A stretch of 64,000 nucleotides of DNA from an uncultured bacterium (GTDB lineage: Bacteria > Patescibacteriota > Minisyncoccia > Phycocordibacterales > GWA1-40-21): positions 132,315 to 196,314 of the forward strand of contig CAWCTC010000001.1 in NCBI GenBank assembly GCA_963798465.1, read 5' to 3'. Both the position numbers and the translations under genes were made by a program. The notes under the pieces are model-generated. The model did no database searches and was not told the DNA's origin. It was given only the letters and a program-made list of their open reading frames with translations. Every line of letters begins with the position of its first letter. Positions within the stretch are counted from its first letter, which is position 1. Shown one piece after another: positions 35,734 through 44,056 of the stretch.

Positions 35734-35871
35734 TCATATATATTTGCCGGTATGAAACCTAATCACAGACATTTTTTCCTCAGCTTCTTTAACAGAAGCA
35801 TTACCGAAATTGAATAAAGATAATCTCTCTATCAATCTCGGCTCGGGTGGCTTTGGGAAAGTTTTCATCAT
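35734..35871 (-). CDS. hypothetical 45-aa protein (below the ORF-track size cutoff)
   Basis: MMKTFPKPPEPRLIERLSLFNFGNASVKEAEEKMSVIRFHTGKYI. Its ATG directly follows the TAA of the preceding short ORF. Confidence 0.3.
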   Translation of the reverse strand: MMKTFPKPPEPRLIERLSLFNFGNASVKEAEEKMSVIRFHTGKYI

Positions 35872-36162
35872 TTACTTTCCATTCCCACTTTGTACCCTCG
35901 AAGCTAATTTTTCTAGTCCCACATTACATTCTCTTCCTTCAAGTAGAACTTCAGCAACGATAGATCTCATTACTTCTTTCATTAGAGCAATGTCCTTTGT
36001 TACATTCTTAAGCTCCGTGAGTTATCATTCGGAATGACCTCCTTTACGCCTTTTTGGCGTTTTTTATTTAAACAATCATCCATTACAGATGACGTTTATA
36101 TCTAAAAGAACTTACTACTCTATGATAGTATAACCAAAAAAAAGAGTTTTGTCAACTATAAA

Positions 36163-36570
36163 TTATAAAGGCAAATCAAGGGCGAAAGCGCCGGCGCCGA
36201 GGAAAATCAATGAAAGGGAAATCGTGAACATCAATATATAGAAAGTGAGATTTCTTTTTTCCAAGTCTGATTCTCTGTATTCCAGGATTGCCTCGCAGAA
36301 GAAGAGCAGTGCGAATACCATAGCTGTGATTTGAGTGTAAGCTCCGGCCAAAAGCATAAGTGCGCCGAGAATTTCAATGAATGCCAGAACTTTTACGAAA
36401 ATCTTCGCCGGCTGGATGTTTATCGTTTCAAAAAGTTTCTGCCAAGCGGTTTTTTCTTTTGTCAGTTTAAGATAGCCGAGATTGATCGTGATAAGTCCAA
36501 GAACAACTCTCAACATCAAAGGCGAAATCTGGCTGAATGTAAGCAAACTTGGAAATGTATTTAATATCAT
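36163..36570 (-). CDS. DoxX family membrane protein
   Basis: Four TM helices and a RVVLGLITINLGYLKL... pattern typical of DoxX. Confidence 0.7.
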   Translation of the reverse strand: MILNTFPSLLTFSQISPLMLRVVLGLITINLGYLKLTKEKTAWQKLFETINIQPAKIFVKVLAFIEILGALMLLAGAYTQITAMVFALLFFCEAILEYRESDLEKRNLTFYILMFTISLSLIFLGAGAFALDLPL

Positions 36571-36742
36571 ATGCGATTAGTATACTATTAAGGCGGGTTT
36601 TCGGCAAAGTCAAAAACTCGCCTTTAATCTTTGCACAGTTTGATGTATATTCAAGTTGTGAAAAATAAACAAAACCCCGCAAAGAATTTTATAAGAATAG
36701 CTCAAATGTTAAGTTTTTTATAATATCTAATTAACAAAAGTT

Positions 36743-37240
36743 GTGCCAAATTTAAAACAAAGTGAAAATTCACGCAGGGCAAGAGTTGTGATTCTTGACA
36801 ATATAAGAAGCGTTCATAACGTGGGTTCTATTTTCCGCACTTCTGATGCGCTCGGAATTGATAAAATATGTTTATGCGGTTGCACGCCAACACCAACTGA
36901 CAGATTTGGCAGAGCAAGAAAAGATTTGGCTAAAGTTGCACTCGGAGCTGAAAAAGATATTGCTTGGGAATATTTTTTAGATACTAAAAAAATAATTAAA
37001 AAATTAAAAAAAGAAGGATTTCAGATAATTGCGGTTGAACAGGACGAAAAATCTGTTGATTATAAAAAAGTTAAGATGAAATTTCCCGCGGCGATTTTGA
37101 TGGGGAATGAAGTCGACGGAATTGATAAAAAAACTTTAGCACTTTGTGATGTGATTGCAGAAATTCCAATGAAAGGCAAAAAAGAATCTTTGAATGTTTC
37201 AGTTTCGTTTGGGATCGCTGGATATGAGATACTAAAATAA
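36743..37240 (+). CDS. SpoU/TrmH family RNA 2'-O-methyltransferase
   Basis: NVGSIFRTSDALG, MGNEVDGI and ESLNVSVSFGI SPOUT motifs. Confidence 0.8.
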   Translation: MPNLKQSENSRRARVVILDNIRSVHNVGSIFRTSDALGIDKICLCGCTPTPTDRFGRARKDLAKVALGAEKDIAWEYFLDTKKIIKKLKKEGFQIIAVEQDEKSVDYKKVKMKFPAAILMGNEVDGIDKKTLALCDVIAEIPMKGKKESLNVSVSFGIAGYEILK

Positions 37241-37316
37241 CCTATTTGACATTATTTATTTTTATGGTATTGTTATTCAGAAATCAGTTCTAAAATAATT
37301 TATATGGAGGTGTCAT

Positions 37317-37583
37317 ATGTTGTATGAAGTGAAACCGGAGAAAGAAACGATAAAACAGTTTTTGGAAAGGGAGGGTAAACTTGTAAAGTTTGGAGACATA
37401 CACTGGATAAAGGGTATGTTTCCACTAGCTCTTTCCGATGGAATGTTTTTGTTTTTAGCTTTAAATCAAAATGATGTAGACTTTATAAATAAAAGATATA
37501 CCAGTGAGTGGTATATGGTAAAAGGGGAAAGAATTTTAGAATTTACTAATCCCGCTTTTGAACAACATATTTGCGCTCAATAA
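37317..37583 (+). CDS. hypothetical small protein (stand-alone cassette)
   Basis: TTGACA promoter-like box, GGAGGT SD, 88-aa ORF, and its own terminator (AACCGGCGAT...ATCGCCGGTT). Confidence 0.5.
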   Translation: MLYEVKPEKETIKQFLEREGKLVKFGDIHWIKGMFPLALSDGMFLFLALNQNDVDFINKRYTSEWYMVKGERILEFTNPAFEQHICAQ

Positions 37584-37667
37584 TAATAAAAACCGGCGAT
37601 GGTAATATCGCCGGTTTTTTCTTTTGCACAACTAGCAGCAAGATGTTATAAGAGTTATTATATATCT

Positions 37668-38935
37668 ATGCAAAAAATAATTTCAAAAATTAAAAAATTA
37701 ATGCCGAAAAAACTGTGGCAAAAGCTTCAGCCGATTTATCATTACAAGCTTGCAGTTCTCGGCGCGATTATTTACAGATTTCCATCAAAAGAAATAAAAG
37801 TTGTCGGCGTGACTGGAACGAAAGGAAAAACTTCATCAGTGGAGTTCGTGAATGCGATTTTGGAAGAAGCTGGCAAAAAAACAGCTGTCGCCGGAACTTT
37901 GAGATTTAAAATTGGAAATGAATCGAAACCGAATTTATACAAGATGACGATGCCGGGAAGAATTTTCATACAAAAATTTTTACGAAAAGCAGTTCTCGCC
38001 GGATGCGAATATGCAATAATTGAAATTTCTTCCGAAGCTGCGAAACAATACAGAAATAAATTTATCGATCTTGATGCTCTGATTTTTACAAATCTTGCGC
38101 CTGAACATATTGAGTCGCACGGAAGTTATGAAAAATATGTCGAGGCAAAACTTGCGATTGCAAAAGAATTGGAAAAATCTTCAAAAGAAAACAAAGCGAT
38201 GATCGTGAATGCCGACGACAAAGAAGGAGAAAAATTTTTGAAAATAAATGTTGGAAAATAAAATTACTTATTCTTTGGCCGAAGCAAAAGATATTTCTGC
38301 GTCGGAAGATTTCACAAAATTTACTTACAAAGGAGTAAAGATGGAAACAACACTTCCGGGAAAATTTAATATTTATAATATGCTCGGCGCGATAAAATAT
38401 GCCGAACATGAAAAAATAGATTTGGAAATTGTAAAAAAAGCATTTTTAAAATTGAAAGAAATAAAAGGGCGAGCGCAAAGAATTGAAGAAGGGCAGGATT
38501 TCAAAGTTGTCGTTGATTATGCTCACACGCCGGATTCTTTGAAAGCGATTTATGAAACATATCTTGGAAGTAAAAAAATCGTGGTGCTTGGAAATTGCGG
38601 TGGTGGCCGTGACAAATGGAAAAGAAAAGAAATGGCAGAAATTGCAGACAATTATTGCGAAGCGGTGATTCTCACAGATGAAGATCCATACGATGACGAT
38701 CCGCGAGAAATTGTGGAAGACATGGCGAAATATTTTAAAAATAAAAAACCGGAAATAATAATGGACAGGAGAGAAGCGATTGCGAAAGCATTTCAAAAAT
38801 CAAAAAGTGGAGACGTTGTGATAATCACAGGAAAGGGAACGGATCCGTACATCATGAGAAAAAATGGTGAGAAAGAAAAATGGAGCGATGCGGAAGTGGC
38901 GAGAGGAAGAATTGAAAAAATTGTTGAAAAAGTAA
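37668..38935 (+). pseudogene. murE: Mur ligase (MurE-like UDP-MurNAc-tripeptide synthetase) with 2 frameshifts
   Basis: GVTGTKGKTS P-loop in ORF 37599-38261 and DYAHTPDSL in ORF 38248-39048. The join ...FLKINV|ENKITYSL needs a 1-nt shift near 38245-38255. The annotated C-terminus reads through the terminator, whereas a shifted frame ends EELKKLLKK-TAA at 38933-38935. Confidence 0.75.
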
Positions 38936-38990
38936 AATACAAAAAGGGCGGCCCGCTAAGCGGGCCGCCCTTTTTGTATTTTACTTTTTT
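38927..38990. terminator. long GC-rich stem-loop terminator
   Basis: GTAAAATACAAAAAGGGCGGCCCGC-TAA-GCGGGCCGCCCTTTTTGTATTTTAC. Confidence 0.8.
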
Positions 38991-39014
38991 TAGCTTTGGC
39001 TTTAAACTTCAGCT

Positions 39015-39920
39015 ATGCCAGAACTTCCAGAAGTGCAAACAACTGTAAATATTTTAAACAGCAAAGTCAAAGGACTTTCTATTTTAGACGTGTGGACGGA
39101 TTATGATTCCTCATTTCACGCCGGAAAAAATAATATAAAGGACAAAAAATATTTTCCGATATTCAGAAAAGAAATTTTAAATAAAAAGATTTTAGACGTA
39201 AAAAGAATGGCAAAAAATGTTTTGATTAACGTTTCAGGAAACAAGACTATTCTCGTGCACATGAAGATGACGGGAAAACTTTTATACGGAAAATATAAAT
39301 TTTCAGACGGAAAATGGCTTCCCCCGATTGGCACCTCGCTCGCGGATCCGTATAACCGTTTCATCCATCTTGCGTTTAGTTTGTCGGATAAAAATACTTT
39401 GGTGCTTTCCGATGCAAGAAAATTTGCAAAAGTTTATGTTTTTGAAACAGACAAAATGTCCGAGATAGCTGACCTTGAGAAGCTCGGTCCGGAACCTCTG
39501 GAGAAAAGTTTTACGTATGAGATTTTCAAAGAAAGACTGCAAAAAAAATCGAATGGAAAAATCAAAACGGTGCTGATGGATCAGGAAATAATTTCCGGAA
39601 TAGGAAATATTTATTCCGACGAAGCTTTGTGGGCTTCCTCAATTCATCCGCTGCAAAAAGTAAAAGATATTTCTGAGACGCAATTGAAATTACTTTTTAA
39701 AAACATTATTAAAATTTTAACCGAGTCGATAAAAATCGGCGGAGATTCAATGTCGGATTACAGAAATCCGCTTGGTGGAAAAGGCGGTTATCAGAATTTG
39801 CACAAAGCATACGGGCAAGAAGGAAAAAAATGTCAGAAAAAAGATGGAGGAATTATTAAAAGAATAAAAGTCGGCGGAAGGAGCGCATGTTTTTGTCCGG
39901 TGCATCAGAAATTAAATTAA
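39015..39920 (+). CDS. mutM: formamidopyrimidine-DNA glycosylase
   Basis: N-terminal MPELPEV, H2TH region, and a C-terminal zinc finger (CQKK...CFCPVHQ). Confidence 0.9.
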   Translation: MPELPEVQTTVNILNSKVKGLSILDVWTDYDSSFHAGKNNIKDKKYFPIFRKEILNKKILDVKRMAKNVLINVSGNKTILVHMKMTGKLLYGKYKFSDGKWLPPIGTSLADPYNRFIHLAFSLSDKNTLVLSDARKFAKVYVFETDKMSEIADLEKLGPEPLEKSFTYEIFKERLQKKSNGKIKTVLMDQEIISGIGNIYSDEALWASSIHPLQKVKDISETQLKLLFKNIIKILTESIKIGGDSMSDYRNPLGGKGGYQNLHKAYGQEGKKCQKKDGGIIKRIKVGGRSACFCPVHQKLN

Positions 39921-39926
39921 AAAATA

Positions 39927-39957
39927 CGGGCGGGTTTTGCTTCGCAAAACCCGCCCG
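39927..39957. terminator. GC-rich stem-loop terminator
   Basis: GGGCGGGTTTTGC ... GCAAAACCCGCCC. Confidence 0.75.
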
Positions 39958-40010
39958 ATTTTTCATTTTCCTAACCCTAAAGGATAAGGAAAATATATTC
40001 GCTTCGCTCA

Positions 40011-40580
40011 TTATTTTCCTAAAATTTTCAGTGCCGCCTTTATTCTGTCTCCAGTTTTTGTAATTGTTTTTTCTACATCGCGAAGTGCATCACGTGCATC
40101 TTTCGGATTGTAGCCGAGAGCTTTCAAAGCTTCGATTGCGTCTATTTCATCGCGAAGTGAAATATCATTTTCATCACCTGATATGCCGACCTTATCTTTT
40201 AGCTCGAGCACCATTTTGTCTGCAATCTTTTTTCCAATTCCTGAAACTTTTGTAAGATGGGAAGTGTCGCCGGTTGAAATTGCTCGCTTGAGTGCTGGAA
40301 CAGAACTGATGTTCAAAACATTTACGGCAGTTTTCGGACCGATTCCAGAAATAGAAATTATCATTTCAAAAAATTGCAATTCTTCTTCTGAAAGAAATCC
40401 ATAAAGATCGAGTGCGTCTTCTCTGACGACTAAATGAGTGAACAAGGAAATCTTTTCTCCTTTTTGCGCGACTTCTTTTGTTTCTGCTGTCGTGTAAATT
40501 TTAAAACCGATTCCGCCGACTCCGACAGTTAGAAATTTAACATTTGTGTCCCAAACTATACCTTCTATTTTTGATATCAT
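40011..40580 (-). CDS. ruvA: Holliday junction DNA helicase subunit RuvA
   Basis: MISKIEGIV..., two HhH motifs (ISGIGPKTA and VSGIGKKIA), and C-terminal domain III. Confidence 0.9.
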   Translation of the reverse strand: MISKIEGIVWDTNVKFLTVGVGGIGFKIYTTAETKEVAQKGEKISLFTHLVVREDALDLYGFLSEEELQFFEMIISISGIGPKTAVNVLNISSVPALKRAISTGDTSHLTKVSGIGKKIADKMVLELKDKVGISGDENDISLRDEIDAIEALKALGYNPKDARDALRDVEKTITKTGDRIKAALKILGK

Positions 40581-40719
40581 TTACCCGAGAAAATTTTTGC
40601 TGATGAAAATGTGTTGATGTTACATGAACTGGCAGTTTTGATTAAGATTTATCTTTCAAAAAAGATATCTCTGCCAACTTCTCATTTTCAACACGTCAGC
40701 AAAAACTTTAACGGGTTAA
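40581..40719 (-). promoter_or_regulatory. inverted-repeat leader element, copy 3 (upstream of ruvA)
   Basis: On the minus strand, TTAACCCGTTAAAGTTTTTGCTGA pairs with TCAGCAAAAATTTTCTCGGGTAA, which abuts the ATG. TAGTAT -10-like box at 40722-40727. Confidence 0.6.
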
Positions 40720-40851
40720 TGATACTACGAAAATCAAAAAATAAAAATCAATCGACTGGCATTGATTTCTCATATCAAAAGTGTTAGTGTATAAACCTAT
40801 CAATAAATCGTGTCTCGATTATTATTTGATAAAATAAATTAATTAAAACAA

Positions 40852-41124
40852 ATGCCTATAATAGCATCAGCAAAAAAAGCCTTAAGAGTAGCAAAAAAGA
40901 AAGCAGTATTTAATACACGCAGAAGTAATGCTATGGAAAAAGCTTTGAAAGGAATAAAAAAACTTGTCACAGCGAATAAAATAAAAGAAGCGGAAAAAAT
41001 GCTGCCGGAAGTTTATACAGCAATCGACAAAGCAGTAAAAACAAAGTTTATAAAAAAGAATGCCGGAGCAAGATACAAATCAAGAATAACTTTATTCTTG
41101 AATAAAGCGAAAGCAGAAAAATAA
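40852..41124 (+). CDS. rpsT: 30S ribosomal protein S20
   Basis: MPIIASAKKALRVAKKKAVFNTRR... typical S20 N-terminus. 90 aa. Confidence 0.9.
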   Translation: MPIIASAKKALRVAKKKAVFNTRRSNAMEKALKGIKKLVTANKIKEAEKMLPEVYTAIDKAVKTKFIKKNAGARYKSRITLFLNKAKAEK

Positions 41125-41211
41125 TTTCTAAAAAACACCCGAGAGGGTGTTTTTGAATAAAAAAAAGGCGCCCAAATGAGGACGCCTTTAATACACATAA
41201 TATACAATTGT

Positions 41212-41511
41212 TTATTTTTTAACCCAAGATCTAAGTTCCCCCCAGCTTATTCCTATGTCTGCGAATGAAAGAATACCATGATTAAGTTTATCCCTTATTT
41301 TATCTTTGTATCTTTCCAAAGTTCTGCGGGACTTAGTCTTTTTTCTTATAGATCTTAGCATGTTCCGCGCCACGCTTCTTTCGCACTCAGTCAGCCAGTC
41401 TTCAACCTCTCCTGGAAATTTATGTCTGTCCATCAAATTTCCAAAAAAATTTTTGATATAAAGCGGAACATGTGACATTCTAACCCGAATCAGTAGTCGT
41501 CTAATAAGCAT
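41212..41511 (-). CDS. hypothetical small basic protein
   Basis: GGAGGTG SD 5 nt before the ATG. 99 aa with no confident domain. Confidence 0.4.
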   Translation of the reverse strand: MLIRRLLIRVRMSHVPLYIKNFFGNLMDRHKFPGEVEDWLTECERSVARNMLRSIRKKTKSRRTLERYKDKIRDKLNHGILSFADIGISWGELRSWVKK

Positions 41512-41761
41512 TTCTGCACCTCCAATTTTTTGTAAAACATCATTCTTACCTATTATAGCATTAATTACGTTAATGTCAAGAGTAGTAAAAATAACACATA
41601 TTCAAGGGTGTTTTTAATTGTACTGTGGTCAGGAATAATTTTCTCGTCGTCACTCGAAAATTTTCACTACCCTGACTCGTTTGTTTTGCTTGCTAGCAAA
41701 ACATAACTCCGTCTCGCACATGTATCAAAAAACACGAAGCAGTTCGTGTTTTTCTATCATG

Positions 41762-41833
41762 TGCGCCTACGTGGAATCGAACCACGATCAAACCCTTCGC
41801 AAGGGTTCATCCTATCCATTGAACGACAGGCGC
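41762..41833 (-). tRNA. tRNA-Arg (anticodon GCG as read)
   Basis: Acceptor GCGCCTG/TAGGCGC, anticodon stem AACCC/GGGTT with loop TTGCGAA, T-arm CGTGG-TTCGATT-CCACG. Confidence 0.85.
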
Positions 41834-41892
41834 ATACTTAAACATATGCAGTTTATGATAAAGACATTAAAAAGTAAAACAAAAACTCGGAT

Positions 41893-42354
41893 TTAGAATC
41901 CGAGTTTTTCCATGATTTTTTGTCCGAGCGGTTCGTGCATTTCGACTTCTGGAAGATATTGAAGCAGGAATTCCCTGACATCAAGATGATTGTGTTCTTC
42001 AAGCGGAATGGATATTAAAGGCATCAATGGCTTTTTTGATTTTAATAAAATTTTCTGATTGCTCTTGTCTGAAGCTTCAACCCAGAATGATTCAAGCGAA
42101 GCGAATGGGTACATTTCTTTTCCAGTTTTTATCCCTTTCTGATTGATGCTTATTTCGAATACTTTTGGTGGCGTCAGAGAAATTGAAAGTAGAAGCCCTG
42201 TGGCAATTATTATTAATATTCCGAAAAGCGCGTCGTTCACGATGAAAGAGATTACAACTATGGAAAGAGCGATCAATATGACGGCCCAATACCAATCGGC
42301 AGTTTTTTCTTTTCTTTTATATTCTAGAGCCTTCCAAGAAATTTTATTTTCCAT
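41893..42354 (-). CDS. hypothetical two-TM membrane protein
   Basis: 153 aa with two adjacent TM helices after a short N-terminal region. Confidence 0.5.
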   Translation of the reverse strand: MENKISWKALEYKRKEKTADWYWAVILIALSIVVISFIVNDALFGILIIIATGLLLSISLTPPKVFEISINQKGIKTGKEMYPFASLESFWVEASDKSNQKILLKSKKPLMPLISIPLEEHNHLDVREFLLQYLPEVEMHEPLGQKIMEKLGF

Positions 42355-42464
42355 GTGGAAATTATATCATTTTAAATCACAGTGCACCAATATGTTGAAA
42401 GTATTCGGCATATATGTATAATCAGTTCAGGTGTTTTAAAAATAAGTTAATGGGGAGGATTGAA

Positions 42465-42590
42465 ATGAAAGGAGATATGGATAGCGGACCTTTTGTTTTT
42501 TGCAATTTGATTATCGGGGTGCTGTGGCTTGTAATTATAATAGTATTTGAATTTTTCAAAAAACTTTTTGGAAATAAAAGCCGCGCTTGA
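42465..42590 (+). CDS. hypothetical 41-aa membrane peptide
   Basis: GGGAGGA SD 5 nt upstream and one TM segment (FVFCNLIIGVLWLVIIIVF). The stop lies inside a terminator hairpin. Confidence 0.3.
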   Translation: MKGDMDSGPFVFCNLIIGVLWLVIIIVFEFFKKLFGNKSRA

Positions 42591-42636
42591 AAAAGCGGGG
42601 CTTTTTTTTATCGTTCATGATGATATAATTGCCTGC

Positions 42637-43398
42637 ATGAGTACAAAATTGATAATAGCAAATTGGAAAATGAATCCTAAGTCTGCAAAGACTGCAAGAG
42701 AAATAGTCGCTTCAATAAATAAGCAATCGAAAAATTTTGGCGATGTTCGATTGATAGTTTGCCCTCCATTTATTTTTCTTGACGAAGTTTCGAATATAAT
42801 TTCTCTTTCCAAGAAAATTTTTCTCGGAGCACAGGATGTTTTTGTCGGACAAGGAGTATCTCACACCGGAGAAATTGGAATAGACCAGCTTAAATCTGCC
42901 GGAGTCAAATATATTTTGGTTGGCCATTCAGAAAGAAGAGCTTTGTTTGATAACGATGAAATTGTAAAAGTAAAAATGCTCGGCTCGATAAAAAGCGGTT
43001 TCAAAACTATTTTATGTGTCGGAGAAAAAGAAAGAAACGAACACGGCGATCATTATCATGAAGTGAAAAGACAAATTGAAGATGCAATCATGAAACTTCC
43101 AAAGAAATTTGTCGGCAATCTTATAATCGCTTATGAACCTATTTGGGCGATAGGCAGACCGGAAAATGAAGCAATAAAACCGGATCAGCTTCGCGAAATA
43201 ACTATTTTTATAAAGAGGTTGCTAAGCGATATTTTTGGCGCAAAAGAAATGGAGAAAGTCAAAATACTTTACGGCGGTTCTGTCACGAAAAATAATTTCA
43301 AGGAAATAATCGAGAAGGGAAATGTTGATGGAATTTTAGTCGGCAGAGAAAGTCTGAAAGTAAAAAATTTTGTAGAGCTTATCGAGGGAATAAAATAA
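42637..43398 (+). CDS. tpiA: triosephosphate isomerase
   Basis: IIANWKMN, VGHSERR and AYEPIWAIG motifs. TGATATAAT lies 7 nt upstream of the ATG. Confidence 0.9.
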   Translation: MSTKLIIANWKMNPKSAKTAREIVASINKQSKNFGDVRLIVCPPFIFLDEVSNIISLSKKIFLGAQDVFVGQGVSHTGEIGIDQLKSAGVKYILVGHSERRALFDNDEIVKVKMLGSIKSGFKTILCVGEKERNEHGDHYHEVKRQIEDAIMKLPKKFVGNLIIAYEPIWAIGRPENEAIKPDQLREITIFIKRLLSDIFGAKEMEKVKILYGGSVTKNNFKEIIEKGNVDGILVGRESLKVKNFVELIEGIK

Positions 43399-43402
43399 AA
43401 TA

Positions 43403-43436
43403 AAAAGGGCGGCTGCTTTCGCGGTCGCCCTTTTTT
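43403..43436. terminator. GC-rich stem-loop terminator
   Basis: AAAAAGGGCGGCTGC-TTTC-GCGGTCGCCCTTTTTT. Confidence 0.75.
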
Positions 43437-43549
43437 GGTCTAAAGTTTTTATTATCCTTTAGGTAATAAAAACATTTAGACATGATTTTTGTGGTACAAA
43501 AATCAATTCTGCGGAATCACATCGCACGAGTCCTTTTGGTGCGATGCAA

Positions 43550-43924
43550 TTAATTTTTTAGTGCATCTCTTATTTTTTCCGCATTGCATTTGAAATCTTT
43601 GCTATCGCAATTTTCAGATGTTTTATCCGGATAAACCCAGAAATGCGCATGCGGAACATCTTTTCCTTCAATGCGTCCGAGAATTATTTCTTGATTGAAA
43701 GCCTTTTTTTGAGCTAAGGCGATTTTTTTTACAACTTCAAAATATTCTCCGGCATTTGGAATATCCCAAACCCATCTATAATGATCTTTTGGAATAACCA
43801 AACTATGCCCGGCAGAACGAGGATTTATATCAAGAAATGCCAGAAATTTATCATCCTCATACACAATCTCAGCCGGAATTTCTTTGCTGACTATTTTACA
43901 AAATATGCAATTTTTGTCTTTCAT
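43550..43924 (-). CDS. HIT family protein
   Basis: CIFCKI zinc-binding start and histidine-triad region VPHAHFWV. Confidence 0.85.
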   Translation of the reverse strand: MKDKNCIFCKIVSKEIPAEIVYEDDKFLAFLDINPRSAGHSLVIPKDHYRWVWDIPNAGEYFEVVKKIALAQKKAFNQEIILGRIEGKDVPHAHFWVYPDKTSENCDSKDFKCNAEKIRDALKN

Positions 43925-43966
43925 GAATAGTATTTTAATATATTTTAATTGAAAAGACTATTTTTT

Positions 43967-44032
43967 GTCATTCCCGCGCAGGCGGGAATCCAGAATTAGT
44001 TCAACTTAGATTCCCGCCTGCGCGGGAATGAC
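43967..44032. repeat. nested double-hairpin palindromic element
   Basis: GTCATTCCCGCGCAGGCGGGAATC (43967-43990) and its exact reverse complement (44009-44032). Each arm is itself a hairpin (ATTCCCGC/GCGGGAAT). Confidence 0.7.
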
Positions 44033-44056
44033 ACAGTATCATGTTATAATCATATT

